A DNA stretch of 64,000 nucleotides from an uncultured Gemmatimonadota bacterium (GCA_951812955.1 OX638340.1:2624001-2688000), one strand, 5' to 3'. Counted from the stretch's first letter, positions 38,642 through 48,781 are shown. Notes: generated by a model from the letters alone, not told the origin. Numbers and translations: made by a program.

Positions 38642-40066
38642 ATGGTCAACTCCATGAAACACGTCGTCATCGTGGGCGGCGGCTTTGCCGGACTGAACGC
38701 GGCCAAGAAACTCGGCGGCCGGACCGATGTCCGCGTCACCCTGGTGGACCGGCAGAACTACCACCTGTTCCAGCCGCTCCTCTACCAGGTGGCCATGGCC
38801 GGCCTGTCGCCCGCCGATATCGCCACGCCCATACGCAGCGTGCTTGCCCGGTGCGGGAACATTTCGGTGCTGCAGGGCTCGGTCGAGCGGGTCGATCTGC
38901 AGGAACGGACCGTATCGGTGGATTTCGGCCAGCTTCAATATGATTATCTGATGCTCTGTTGCGGGTCGATCCCGAGCTATTTCGGTCACGAGGACTGGGA
39001 GGAGCACGCACCCAGCCTGAAGACGATTCCGCAGGCCACCGAGATTCGCCGGCGCCTGCTGAGTGCCTTCGAAGAAGCGGAACGGACCGACGACACTGAG
39101 CGGCGCCGGCAACTGCTGACCTTCGTCGTCATAGGCGGCGGACCCACCGGAGTGGAGCTAGCGGGCGCCATCGGCGAAATGAGCCGTTTCACCCTCGCGC
39201 GGGACTTCCGCAACATCGACACGAAACTTACCCGCGTCATCCTGATCGAATCGGGCCCGCGCATCCTCTCGATGTTCTCCGAAAAGCTGGCGTCCCGGGC
39301 GACGCGGGACCTGGAAAAGCTCGGCGTGCAGGTCTGGCCGAACACGCTCGCGACGGATATAGACGAGCATGGCGTGCAGGCGGGACCGGAACGCATCGCG
39401 TCCTCGACGGTACTCTGGGCGGCGGGCGTTCGGGGCGTTGAAATCGAGGGACAGCGGCAACAGGGCGTGGAGGCGGAGCGAGTGGGGCGCGCGGAAGCAG
39501 ACTGCGAGGGACACGTGGAGGTAGACTGCGAGGGACACGTGGAGGTAGACCGCGGTGGACGCGTGGAGACGGACCGCGGAGCGCACGTGGAGGTGGACCG
39601 CGGGGGACGCGTAGTCGTCAACGAAGACCTGAGCATCCCAGGACACCCGAACGTGTTCGTCGCGGGCGACCAGGCCTGTTTTACCCACCAGACCGGCAGT
39701 CCCCTTCCGGGCACAGCGCCCGTGGCTATCCAGCAGGGACGCTTCGTGGCACAGACTATTCGCCGCGACCTCGCGTGCAGACCGCGTGAGGCCTTTCGAT
39801 TCGTCGACAAGGGACAGATGGCGACGATCGGTCGCAGCCGTGCCATCGTGGAAATCGGTAAACTCAGATTCTCAGGCTGGTTCGCGTGGGTCACCTGGCT
39901 GGTGGTGCACGTCTACTTCCTCGTGGGTTTCAAGAACCGGCTGCTGGTCGTACTGCACTGGGCCTGGTCCTATCTGACCTTCCGCCGCGGCGCCAGGCTG
40001 ATCGTGGAGCGCGAGTGGCGTTTCGGCGGGCGCAAGGACGAGACCATGCCTGACAGGGAAGAATAA
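38642..40066 (+). CDS. ndh: Type II NADH dehydrogenase (NDH-2) family FAD-dependent oxidoreductase, carrying an in-frame repeat insertion
   Basis: KHVVIVGGGFAGLNAAKKL FAD fold; second dinucleotide fold FVVIGGGPTGVELAG; …NVFVAGDQA…; start at ATG 38642 (MVNSMKH). Confidence 0.8.
   Translation: MVNSMKHVVIVGGGFAGLNAAKKLGGRTDVRVTLVDRQNYHLFQPLLYQVAMAGLSPADIATPIRSVLARCGNISVLQGSVERVDLQERTVSVDFGQLQYDYLMLCCGSIPSYFGHEDWEEHAPSLKTIPQATEIRRRLLSAFEEAERTDDTERRRQLLTFVVIGGGPTGVELAGAIGEMSRFTLARDFRNIDTKLTRVILIESGPRILSMFSEKLASRATRDLEKLGVQVWPNTLATDIDEHGVQAGPERIASSTVLWAAGVRGVEIEGQRQQGVEAERVGRAEADCEGHVEVDCEGHVEVDRGGRVETDRGAHVEVDRGGRVVVNEDLSIPGHPNVFVAGDQACFTHQTGSPLPGTAPVAIQQGRFVAQTIRRDLACRPREAFRFVDKGQMATIGRSRAIVEIGKLRFSGWFAWVTWLVVHVYFLVGFKNRLLVVLHWAWSYLTFRRGARLIVEREWRFGGRKDETMPDREE
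39500..39619 (+). repeat. In-frame 24-bp tandem repeat x5 inside ndh (DCEGHVEV-DCEGHVEV-DRGGRVET-DRGAHVEV-DRGGRVVV)
   Basis: First two units identical; last unit corresponds to the conserved DRxGRVVV(N/D) segment of NDH-2. Confidence 0.85.
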
Positions 40067-42456
40067 TGCCCGGAAGCAAGTTCACCATAAGTCTACGGCA
40101 CATGAGCCGCCAACGGGGATATACCGCGATAAACGTCCTCGGGCTGGCCGTGGGCCTGGTCTGCGCGATCCTGATCTTCCTGTACGTGCGCTGGGAACTG
40201 AGCTACGACCGCTACCACGAAAAGGCCGACCGTATCTACCGGGTAACGCTCAACGACAGCGCCCGATCGCCCCGTGAACTGGGTCCGATACTGCAGGCCG
40301 ACTTCCCCGAAATCCAGCAGTACGCCCGATTGCTTCCCACCATTGGAACCTGGATCATGAAGTACGAAGACCGGGTTTACTATGAAAAGAACGTGTACTG
40401 GGCCAACAACGAGCTGTTCCACGTATTTGACTTTCCCCTCGTCAGAGGAGATCCCGATCATGCCCTCGTAGCACCGTACACGGCGGTGATCAGCGAGGAT
40501 ACGGCCAGGAAATATTTCGGCGAGGACGATCCCATGGGGAAGACCATAATCGCCGACAATGGCTACATGCTGCTGACCGTCACAGGCGTCATGGAGAATG
40601 TTCCGGAAAACTCCCATTTTCATCCCGAATTCCTGATATCCTTGCCTACCGGATATGACAAATTCCAATGGAGCGAGACCCCGAGAATCTGGTATAGCGA
40701 CCTTTTTTACACCTACGTCGTCATGCCTGAAGGCCATCCGCCGTTGGAGACCCAGGAGAAACTGCCCGGTTTCGTGGAGAAACACGTAGAAGCGAGTTTC
40801 CTGGAGGACATCGGCCGTTTCGAACTGACGCTGCAACCCCTCACCGATATCCACCTTCATTCCCATCTTGAAAACGAGCACGGCACGAACACCGATATCT
40901 CCTACGTGTATATCCAGTCCGCCATCGGGCTGTTCATCCTGATCATCGCTTCGGTGAATTATGTAAACCTGTCCACCGCGCAGTTCGCGCACCGGGCCCG
41001 CGAGATCGGCATGCGCAAGGTTCTGGGGGCGTCCCGGGGACAGTTGATTCGGCAATACCTGGGCGAATCGGTCCTGATGACCATCGCGGCCCTGTTGATC
41101 GCCCTGGCGGCGGTCTACTTTCTTGCGCCGTATTTCGACGCGCTGCTGGGCCTGCCGGTAACCGCGGTCCATGCGCTGCACCCCCTGTGGTGGTTCGCCA
41201 TGCCGGCCATCGCGATCCTCATCGGGCTCCTTTCGGGTGGTTACCCGGCCCTTTTGTTCTCCTCCATGCGGGTCATTCCGGGGCTCAAGGCAGCGCAGCC
41301 CTACCAGCTTGGCGGCGCGTGGTCCAGGAAGATCCTGGTCATCGCCCAGTTCGTCATTTCCATCGCGCTGATCATCGGAACGGGCATCCTGTTCAGCCAG
41401 TTGAACTTCATTCAGAACAAGAAACTGGGATTCGAAAAGGACCTGGTGATCGTGATTCCCACGGTTCAGCAGGTGGCGGTCAACTACCAGCCGTGGAAAG
41501 ATGCCCTGTTGCAGTACACCGGAGTGGACGGCGTGAGCCAGGCCATCACCCTGCCCGGCCTGTTCGGTACCATAGGCCGGATGTCGACCGGTACGATCCA
41601 GCGCGTCGAGGATCCGGACCACGTCCGGCATACCGTCCAGGGATTTCAGGCCGCCGTGGATTTCGTGGAGACGATGGGCATGGAACTGCTCGCGGGCAGG
41701 TCTCATCGCGGGTCATTCAGAAACGACACCGAAACTGAAAACATCGTGATCAACGAAGCGGCTATGCGCGTCCTGGGCTGGGAAACGCCCGAAGAGGCCA
41801 TCGGCCGGCAGGTCCGCTTCGCCAGTGGAAACATCCACACGGTAGTCGGCGTGGTCCGGGACTTTCACTTCCGTACGCTTCACCTTGCCATCGAGCCGCT
41901 CGTATTCTTTCACGGCACAGGCCTGCACCTGGTGGTCCGGATCCGACCCGAAGACATCAGTCGCACGCTGGAATTCATCGAAGGGACATGGTCCGAGTTC
42001 TTCCCCGATTTCCCCTTTGCCTATACGTTTCTCGACGAAGACATCGACCGCCTGTATCGGACAGAGGCTCGTATCGGCTACTTCTTCGGCGCATTCGCCC
42101 TGGTTGCTGTTTTCCTCACCTGCCTGGGCCTCGTCGCGCTGGTATCGTTCACGGTCGAACGGCGGACCCGGGAGATCGGCATACGCAAGGCACTGGGCGC
42201 TTCCGTGCGGCGGCTACTCGCCATGCTGTCCGCCGAGTTCGTAGGACTTGCGCTCGTTGCCAATGTCTTCGCCTGGCCTGCGGCGTGGCTGATCATGACC
42301 CGCTGGCTCGAGGATTACGCCTACCGTGTCGAGTTCGGATGGGACATATTCTTCCTTTCGGGCGGCGCAGCGGTGCTGATCACCCTGGTCACCATCGGGT
42401 ACCACGTAATCCGGACTGCGTTGGCCAACCCCGCGGACGTGTTGCGGAGTGAGTGA
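40066..42456 (+). CDS. MacB/FtsX-type ABC transporter permease (paralog 3)
   Basis: 796 aa; ATG overlaps ndh stop (TAATG). Confidence 0.8.
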   Translation: MPGSKFTISLRHMSRQRGYTAINVLGLAVGLVCAILIFLYVRWELSYDRYHEKADRIYRVTLNDSARSPRELGPILQADFPEIQQYARLLPTIGTWIMKYEDRVYYEKNVYWANNELFHVFDFPLVRGDPDHALVAPYTAVISEDTARKYFGEDDPMGKTIIADNGYMLLTVTGVMENVPENSHFHPEFLISLPTGYDKFQWSETPRIWYSDLFYTYVVMPEGHPPLETQEKLPGFVEKHVEASFLEDIGRFELTLQPLTDIHLHSHLENEHGTNTDISYVYIQSAIGLFILIIASVNYVNLSTAQFAHRAREIGMRKVLGASRGQLIRQYLGESVLMTIAALLIALAAVYFLAPYFDALLGLPVTAVHALHPLWWFAMPAIAILIGLLSGGYPALLFSSMRVIPGLKAAQPYQLGGAWSRKILVIAQFVISIALIIGTGILFSQLNFIQNKKLGFEKDLVIVIPTVQQVAVNYQPWKDALLQYTGVDGVSQAITLPGLFGTIGRMSTGTIQRVEDPDHVRHTVQGFQAAVDFVETMGMELLAGRSHRGSFRNDTETENIVINEAAMRVLGWETPEEAIGRQVRFASGNIHTVVGVVRDFHFRTLHLAIEPLVFFHGTGLHLVVRIRPEDISRTLEFIEGTWSEFFPDFPFAYTFLDEDIDRLYRTEARIGYFFGAFALVAVFLTCLGLVALVSFTVERRTREIGIRKALGASVRRLLAMLSAEFVGLALVANVFAWPAAWLIMTRWLEDYAYRVEFGWDIFFLSGGAAVLITLVTIGYHVIRTALANPADVLRSE

Positions 42457-42490
42457 CGCGGAGGAAAGTATCGACTGTATGGAGGGCCGG

Positions 42491-43246
42491 ATGAGTACAT
42501 CGCAATCCTGGGACCCGGAACGTTACGCCCGTAACGCCCGGTTCGTGGCGGACCTGGGCATGCCCGTGGTCGAGCTGCTGGAACCGCAGCCGGGTGAGTG
42601 CATCCTGGACCTGGGATGTGGCGACGGGGCACTGACGGCGAAGCTCGTCGATATGGGCTGCAGCGTCGTCGGCGTGGACAGCAGCGCGGAGCAGATCGAG
42701 GCGGCCAGGCAGATTGGTCTCGACGCACACGTCATGGACGGGCATCGGCTGACTTTCGAAGACGAATTCGACGCGGTGTTCAGCAATGCGGCGCTCCACT
42801 GGATGGGCCATCCGGACGAGGTGATCGCGGGCGTGCGGCGCGCGCTCAAGCCCGGCGGGAGGTTCGTGGCTGAATGCGGCGGGCACGGGTGCGTGGACAC
42901 CATTGTAAGGGCCCTCACTGAGGCGTTGAAACGGCGCGGTCTATGGGCGGACGGGATCAATCCGTGGTATTTTCCAACGGACGAGGAGTATCGCGAACGG
43001 TTGATCCGGCAAGGATTCGACGTGAAGTACATCGCGCTTATCCCCCGGCCCACCCCGCTTCCGGGCGACATCGGAGGCTGGCTGGAGACCTTCGCCGAAA
43101 ACTTCACGTCTCGGGTGCCCGAGGCGGAACGTCCCGCGTTTCTCGAAGAGGTCCGGGAAGCGATGAGGCCGAAGTTGTGCGATGCAGAGGGAGCGTGGAC
43201 GGCGGACTATATTCGGCTGAGGTTTAAGGCGGTGAAGGAGGGTTAG
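42491..43246 (+). CDS. Class I SAM-dependent methyltransferase, trans-aconitate methyltransferase (Tam)-like
   Basis: MSTSQSWDPERYARNARFVADLG…ILDLGCGDG motif I. Confidence 0.65.
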   Translation: MSTSQSWDPERYARNARFVADLGMPVVELLEPQPGECILDLGCGDGALTAKLVDMGCSVVGVDSSAEQIEAARQIGLDAHVMDGHRLTFEDEFDAVFSNAALHWMGHPDEVIAGVRRALKPGGRFVAECGGHGCVDTIVRALTEALKRRGLWADGINPWYFPTDEEYRERLIRQGFDVKYIALIPRPTPLPGDIGGWLETFAENFTSRVPEAERPAFLEEVREAMRPKLCDAEGAWTADYIRLRFKAVKEG

Positions 43247-43341
43247 ATTTGAAATCGTCAGATGCCGGCGCGGCACCTGTTTAAGTGTCCGGTGATTAAT
43301 TCGAAGTGCGATTCCAACAACATGGGAAAGGACAGTAAATC

Positions 43342-43764
43342 ATGTCTCCAAATAACGCATCATTAGATTCGGAATTGGTTCAACGATTCGTTTCCGACGC
43401 CCATAGAGATTTCGATAGTGTCAAGGATATGGTCGAAAAGGAACCCAAGTTGGTCAACGCCTGCTGGGACTGGGGTGGCGGTGACTGGGAAACCGGGCTC
43501 GGTGCCGCCGCGCACACGGGAAGCAGGGATATTGCGGAGTATCTGCTGCAAAAAGGGGCGCGCATAGATCTGTACGCTGCGGCTATGTTGGGCAAGCTGA
43601 GCGTCGTGCAGGCTATTCTTGAAGACAATCCATCTGAAAAAGACAAGCCGGGTCCCCACGGGATTAAGCTCATGACCCACGCGAAAAAGGGAGGTAAGGA
43701 AGCCGCGGAGGTCGTTAAGTTGCTGCAGTCCCTCAACAAGAAACCGAAGTCTAAGGAGAAGTAA
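43342..43764 (+). CDS. Ankyrin-repeat protein
   Basis: …GAAAHTGSRDIAEYLLQKGARIDL… ankyrin-like repeats; Lys-rich C-tail. Confidence 0.55.
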   Translation: MSPNNASLDSELVQRFVSDAHRDFDSVKDMVEKEPKLVNACWDWGGGDWETGLGAAAHTGSRDIAEYLLQKGARIDLYAAAMLGKLSVVQAILEDNPSEKDKPGPHGIKLMTHAKKGGKEAAEVVKLLQSLNKKPKSKEK

Positions 43765-43768
43765 CGAA

Positions 43769-44131
43769 TTGCCGAGACCCACGCAGACTCATTCGACGGA
43801 ACGCGATGGCAAGCGGTACATCTGGTATACGGAACGCCTGTGGAAACTGGCGAAGGATCTTCCGGAATACGAGGTGGAAGTGGAGCGTTTCGCGGAGTTG
43901 GACCGCGACTGCTGGTTCGGAGAAGGCAGGACGCCAACAATTCGTCAGGTGGCTGCCCACTGCCGTCGGATTAACGAGGCCGACCCCGAAATCCCTGTCA
44001 TCGTCAACGACAACGGACGGCTGATGGACGGTGGTCACCGCCTTGCGCGCGCCCTGCTCGAAGGGCGAGAGACCGTGAAGGCGGTACAATTTGTGGAGAT
44101 GCCGGCGCCGGACGAGGTGGAGGAGTTGTGA
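43769..44131 (+). CDS. Small ParB/Srx-like domain protein (hypothetical)
   Basis: …IVNDNGRLMDGGHRLARALLEG… resembles ParB N-terminal/sulfiredoxin DGHHR-type motif. Confidence 0.35.
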   Translation: MPRPTQTHSTERDGKRYIWYTERLWKLAKDLPEYEVEVERFAELDRDCWFGEGRTPTIRQVAAHCRRINEADPEIPVIVNDNGRLMDGGHRLARALLEGRETVKAVQFVEMPAPDEVEEL

Positions 44132-44485
44132 TGCGGAGTTGGTCTGAATGTTTATACAAGCCTATCGGACGCTTACAGATCTGATCTACTAAAAACCGGA
44201 CTATTAGTACATTGGTCCAGGCCTATACTCATTACCCCATCTGCTCCTGTGAATGTGCGAACTGCTCCGCCACAAACCGAGCATATGATGTAGAGCTACA
44301 AGTTAATGATGTCGTGAAATCACACGTGAATAATGTTGTTTATCTTCTTTGGTGAAAGCTGATAGGGGCGGACCCGCGTGGCGGAGGGCCAAAAGTAACA
44401 GGAGCTCTTGCACAGGAACGGTGCCGGCGTGTAAACCAGAAAGCGTAAGTCTGCCCCTCCCAGGCGAGCCCCCAACTGGTCCAGA

Positions 44486-45601
44486 CTACCCCATCCTCAA
44501 ACCGCGGTCCTCAAGCGGCAGATCAACGCGAACGTTTCCCCTGCGGTGAGATTCCCTTAAGGCAATGGCGATTTCGAGGGCTTCGCGGCCGAACTCGCCG
44601 GGACAGGTCGTCTCCCTTCCATCTTCGATCGAACGGCACACACCCTCGATGGCGTCGACCATGGAGCTCCTGGGATGCCAGGGTCCGGGCAGGTGCGTCT
44701 GGGTAGGTGCGCCGGTTTCGGGGTGAGGCGTCCATAGCTCGAACTGGGCATGGGAATTCCGGGATACGATGCGGCCGGTTTCGCCGATGAACTCGAGGGA
44801 CCAGGAGTAAAGCAGGGATTCGGACCGGGAGTTCAGGATGGTGCGGATTCCGTTTTCGTATACAATTATCCCCGATCCGGGGATGTCGCCCTCTGAAGCG
44901 GCCTGGTCGTCTGTATCGATCAGACCGACTACCCACCGGGCGGGCGCACCGGCGAATAGACGCAGCAGGGCCAGGGTGTGGCTCTGGATGTTGGACAGCG
45001 TGGAGTGGCTGTGGCAGACCATGCTCTTCAATGGTCCAATGGCGCCTTCGGCGATGAGCCTGCGCGCCGTCGTGTAATAGCTGTACCAGTTGAGATGGCA
45101 GGCCATGGCGAGGATGACGCCGTGCCTGGCGCAGGCATCGATCATGGCATCGGCTTCGGCCAGCGTGCGGCACATGGGCTTCGTGGCAAAAATGGCCTTA
45201 ACCCCCAGTTCGGCCAATCCCACCGTGATCTCCGTGCGCGGCTCGGGCCGGGTGGTCAGGCAGACCAAGTCGATCGCTTCCTTTTCAACCATCTCCCGAT
45301 AGTCGGTGTAGAGGGCCGAAACGCCCCAGCGCCGCTTGAAATCCTCGAGTTTGGCGGGATCCTCGTCCGCCGCGGCGACGAGATCGATCCCCCGCGCCTC
45401 CATCATGGCGGGCGCGTGCGCCCAGGGCCAGGGGTAATGGGGCTGACCGACATGTTCGTCGTCGATGGTGCTGCCCATCCTTCCGCATCCGACCACGGCG
45501 CCCCGGTAGGTATGCTTTGGCGCTGTGTCCTCTACGGCCTGGAAGGCTTCATCGTTGGATTCGGGCATGGGGGACATTCCTTCTTCTGTCTTGCCAGTCA
45601 C
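44486..45601 (-). CDS. Gfo/Idh/MocA family oxidoreductase
   Basis: GAVVGCGRMGS Rossmann motif; 371 aa. Confidence 0.7.
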   Translation of the reverse strand: MTGKTEEGMSPMPESNDEAFQAVEDTAPKHTYRGAVVGCGRMGSTIDDEHVGQPHYPWPWAHAPAMMEARGIDLVAAADEDPAKLEDFKRRWGVSALYTDYREMVEKEAIDLVCLTTRPEPRTEITVGLAELGVKAIFATKPMCRTLAEADAMIDACARHGVILAMACHLNWYSYYTTARRLIAEGAIGPLKSMVCHSHSTLSNIQSHTLALLRLFAGAPARWVVGLIDTDDQAASEGDIPGSGIIVYENGIRTILNSRSESLLYSWSLEFIGETGRIVSRNSHAQFELWTPHPETGAPTQTHLPGPWHPRSSMVDAIEGVCRSIEDGRETTCPGEFGREALEIAIALRESHRRGNVRVDLPLEDRGLRMG

Positions 45602-45634
45602 CGGTCAGAGAGAACCGTGCTTACCAAGTGGAAC

Positions 45635-46033
45635 CTATTTGGAAGAAATGCGCTGCGAGGTATGGTTTGGCCCGAGTTCGACCGGTTTGCCGTGCGGCGT
45701 GTTCAGATACGCCCTTCGCCATGCGTCCTTGCGGTTCGACGCTTCCGCCTGAGACACGAGCCCGCGCGCTCTGCAGAAGCGCTCAAGGGCCCGGAGCCAG
45801 TGCCGGTAATACGTATTGCCCTGGTCGGGGTCGCCCTCCCGCTGTGCCGCACGTATCTCCTCGCTCAGCGTGGCGGCCCACTCGCCCCACGTGAAGTAAC
45901 CTTCGCCGGAGAGACGCACCGCGAGCGCGAACGCCGATGCCTCCCATGGCGCGGCGAACACCGGCGAGCCATCGTCCCCAAGCGGTATGTCTCCCAGCCC
46001 ATGCGTGACGCCGGGCAGTTGCGAGTCTGTCAC
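45635..46033 (-). CDS. Nitrile hydratase accessory/activator protein (beta-subunit homologue, self-subunit-swapping chaperone type)
   Basis: …PVFAAPWEASAFALAVRLSGEGYFTWGEWAATLSEEI… resembles NHase beta N-terminus; GTGA overlap with beta gene. Confidence 0.65.
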   Translation of the reverse strand: MTDSQLPGVTHGLGDIPLGDDGSPVFAAPWEASAFALAVRLSGEGYFTWGEWAATLSEEIRAAQREGDPDQGNTYYRHWLRALERFCRARGLVSQAEASNRKDAWRRAYLNTPHGKPVELGPNHTSQRISSK

Positions 46034-46701
46034 GGTTCAGGCTCCAGGTACGATTCCCAGAGGTCGACGTATACGGCGCTGTTCAAGTTGGCCGATTCCC
46101 CCCACAGATCACGCCCCTCGAAGCGAACGTTGTAGAGATGCCTTCCCTCGTCCACGCCCTGGGCGCTCAGGTCTGGGTACACCTGTGACCCGTAGTGCTC
46201 CCGCACGATCCCCGTGTGGCCTCGAACATAACGCGGTGCGCGTGTGTGCCCGCTTGGGTGGCGGTTGATTGCGCGCACACGGTCGCCGGGCGTAAAGCGG
46301 GCCGGGCCGGGCGCGGGCCGGACGTAGCTCGCAGTCATGTAGGGAGCCCCCAGCACCTGTTCGGCATGCACGACCCGTTCCATGATGTATTCCGGCACGG
46401 GGGTCGCCGCCCTTCCGGTCTGCAATTCCTCTTCGGAAACGAGGCCGGACCTGACCAGTTGCTTCTGTATACCCGCGAACCAATTCTCGTAGTATGAGTT
46501 GGCGAGATATTCGGCAGGAGGCAACTGCTCCCTGTTGTGGCGGGACATGTCGATGTTCCACAGTCCCAGAAGCCCGATAAGACGGACGATGCCGTACACC
46601 CGGCTCTCCCATTCCTCGTGGAAGACCGGCTCCTCGGACTCCGGTTCAGGTTGCACCGGTCCGAACCCCTTCATCCCGCCCAGGTCGTGTACGCCCTTCA
46701 T
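46030..46701 (-). CDS. Nitrile hydratase beta subunit
   Basis: Starts [10 protein letters not shown] (classic MNGxHDLGG); C-terminal …[10 protein letters not shown]…. Confidence 0.8.
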   Translation of the reverse strand: MKGVHDLGGMKGFGPVQPEPESEEPVFHEEWESRVYGIVRLIGLLGLWNIDMSRHNREQLPPAEYLANSYYENWFAGIQKQLVRSGLVSEEELQTGRAATPVPEYIMERVVHAEQVLGAPYMTASYVRPAPGPARFTPGDRVRAINRHPSGHTRAPRYVRGHTGIVREHYGSQVYPDLSAQGVDEGRHLYNVRFEGRDLWGESANLNSAVYVDLWESYLEPEP

Positions 46702-47333
46702 GGTTTGCCGCCTTGCGCTGCCGGTTGCCGCGCCTCCTCGACTCCGATCATGGCGTTGCGCGTCACGAGTTCCATGAGTTCCTCTTCGCTCCATCCCTCC
46801 GTGCCTTCGGGTCGCTGCGGCAGCACGAGGTAGCGCATCTCAGAGGTGGAATCCCATACGCGCACCTCTTTCCGATCGGCAATCTCCGAACCGAACTGCC
46901 TGATCACGCCTCGCGGATCGATGACGGCCTGCGCTCTGTATGGCGCGGACTTGTACCAGACGGGCGGCAGGCCAAGGAGCGGCCACGGGTAGCAGGAGCA
47001 GAGCGTACAGACGACGAGGTTGTGTACGTCGTCCGTGTTTGCCACGACACGCATCTGCTCGCCCTGCGCCCCCACGTAGCCCATCGATGCGATGGCGGCA
47101 TCCGGGTCGTCAAGCAGCCACCGCCTGTACGCTTCGTCCGACCAGGCATGCGCAACGACGTGCTTGCCGTTCGCCGGACCGATCTTGTCCTGGTACAGGT
47201 CAATGAGCGCGTCCAGCGCCTCCGGATCGACGAGGCCTTTCTCCACGAGCAGTGACTCGAGCGCTTTCACGCGCAACTCGATATCCGGGGGCGGCTCCGT
47301 GTGGTCTTGATGGTGCCGGTGATCGATGGCCAT
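46698..47333 (-). CDS. Nitrile hydratase alpha subunit, cobalt-type
   Basis: Metal-binding [10 protein letters not shown] (Co-type CTLCSCY rather than Fe-type CSLCSCT). Confidence 0.85.
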   Translation of the reverse strand: MAIDHRHHQDHTEPPPDIELRVKALESLLVEKGLVDPEALDALIDLYQDKIGPANGKHVVAHAWSDEAYRRWLLDDPDAAIASMGYVGAQGEQMRVVANTDDVHNLVVCTLCSCYPWPLLGLPPVWYKSAPYRAQAVIDPRGVIRQFGSEIADRKEVRVWDSTSEMRYLVLPQRPEGTEGWSEEELMELVTRNAMIGVEEARQPAAQGGKP

Positions 47334-47365
47334 GGCGTTCTTCTCCCGCTCGGGAAGCTCCGGTG

Positions 47366-47578
47366 TCAGCGGTCAATCTGATGGTCGTCGGAAATCCGGA
47401 GATGTCCTTCGTCCCTACCCAGGTGGGTATTCCTATCGTGCATTTCGATTCGAACCTCGGAGAACTTTACGTTCATTTCAGTTCGTAACTCTTCAATATC
47501 GTCTCGCAGGGAGGCGATGTCCTTCCGGATAGCAATGGTAGAACGCCCCATGAAGGTCAGGATCGCCACGACCAGCAC
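47366..47578 (-). CDS. Small membrane protein (copy 1 of a duplicated gene)
   Basis: 70 aa, N-terminal [14 protein letters not shown]; 3' portion contains the ~67-bp repeat shared with copy 2. Confidence 0.35.
   Translation of the reverse strand: MLVVAILTFMGRSTIAIRKDIASLRDDIEELRTEMNVKFSEVRIEMHDRNTHLGRDEGHLRISDDHQIDR
47412..47479. repeat. Direct repeat copy 1 (~67 bp, identical to 48997-49064) flanking the phosphotransferase cassette
   Basis: ccctacccaggtgggtattcctatcgtgcatttcgattcgaacctcggagaactttacgttcatttc read at both sites. Confidence 0.85.
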
Positions 47579-47683
47579 ACCACGGCTGTGATCCCCTGCA
47601 TTTACTAACCTGTGTTTTCCGTATTTAAAAGCATTATATCATGTTTTTGACTTTATGATGGAGACTTCGGAAAGTATTCCCTT

Positions 47684-48781
47684 TTACGCCTCGGTTAAAC
47701 TCAAATCCGTGATTGCTGCAATAAATCTCTCGGACACTGCTCGTGCGAGTCTGTTTTCTCGGTCATTTTCCGGATTCAAAGAAGCTACCATAAGTACAGC
47801 CTGGATAAAATAACGTAGCATGGCGAGACGGTAGTCTTTCCAGCAATCATCCAAGGTGTATCCTCTGACTCCATTGGCCTTCAGGGTTTCATGGTAGAAT
47901 TTAAGGAGTTGGCGTTCTTCGGCTTGTCGTTTTGGTGTGGTTTTTAAACATCCACCGATATACCATGCGATATCCGAAACGCCCTCTCCGCACGATACGT
48001 CCTGCCAGTCGATCACGGCGAAGCCCGGCTCTCCAAGAGAAGCACCAAAAAACACGTTCTCCAAACGAAAATCTCCGTGAACCATGGTTCTCGGCGGTTT
48101 ACCCAATTGGGATTCATTTTTTAACTTCTCGGGTAATTGTTTTCCAAATGTCTTGACTGCATCCGTCATCAAGTCTTCAGTTTTATCGGCAAAGACTGGA
48201 AAAGCTTCTTTATACTGATCAAGGATCCAATTCGAAACAGCGTCAGAATCCTTCGGCGAATTCGCCAGCCAATCAAACGCTTCGAGTCTTTTGTTTTCCC
48301 ACCAATAGGCGTGAAACCTGGCTATTTCGTGGAGAGCATGTGCCGTCTCTTTCATTGTACTTCCACTGATTTGATCTCCAACTTTCGCGGGAGCAAGGTC
48401 TTCAAGAATCCTGATGTACTTTCCATGAGTAACACTCATCGCACTGAAATAACAGAGGGGTGTGCGAAGGGGTATCTCGCTGGCAATTTGCTGATAAAAC
48501 AAAATCTCGCACTTATCTGGTGTAGGTAGACGCGTTTTTGCTCGTAGAGGCTCATCTGGTGCATGTAGTTTGGCAATCAGCTTTTTGGGCAGTTCTGATT
48601 GAGGTTGATTAAAGCCAAGGTGCAAGCGTGCTAACTGTCCGTCACAAGTCAATTCTGCAATCGGCTCGATACGAAGCGAGGCTATACCGACATTCGAAAA
48701 CGTATTTGTTGAAACTAGTGCTGCGGTGAGCCAATGAGATGTTATATCCAGAGGTGTATTGGGAATACTCAAAAGAGTCAT
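47684..48781 (-). CDS. APH/choline-kinase-like phosphotransferase (kinase-like fold, HGDxxxxN)
   Basis: …MVHGDFRLENVFF… Brenner motif; …VIDWQDVSCGEG…; AT-rich relative to surroundings. Confidence 0.65.
   Translation of the reverse strand: MTLLSIPNTPLDITSHWLTAALVSTNTFSNVGIASLRIEPIAELTCDGQLARLHLGFNQPQSELPKKLIAKLHAPDEPLRAKTRLPTPDKCEILFYQQIASEIPLRTPLCYFSAMSVTHGKYIRILEDLAPAKVGDQISGSTMKETAHALHEIARFHAYWWENKRLEAFDWLANSPKDSDAVSNWILDQYKEAFPVFADKTEDLMTDAVKTFGKQLPEKLKNESQLGKPPRTMVHGDFRLENVFFGASLGEPGFAVIDWQDVSCGEGVSDIAWYIGGCLKTTPKRQAEERQLLKFYHETLKANGVRGYTLDDCWKDYRLAMLRYFIQAVLMVASLNPENDRENRLARAVSERFIAAITDLSLTEA

Noticed and set aside
39500-39619. Possible CRISPR-like array (regular 24-bp repeats)
   Set aside because: Repeats are contiguous with no spacers, lie inside the ndh reading frame and encode conserved enzyme sequence; not CRISPR.
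40093-41706. 537-aa minus-strand ORF antisense to permease paralog 3 (similar shadows opposite paralogs 1 and 2)
   Set aside because: Shadow ORFs; the sense frames are mutually homologous permeases.
44340-44500. GC-rich structured segment between convergent genes as an ncRNA (SRP/6S/RNase P-like)
   Set aside because: No match to conserved cores of known RNAs by eye; only a possible long-range helix; insufficient evidence.
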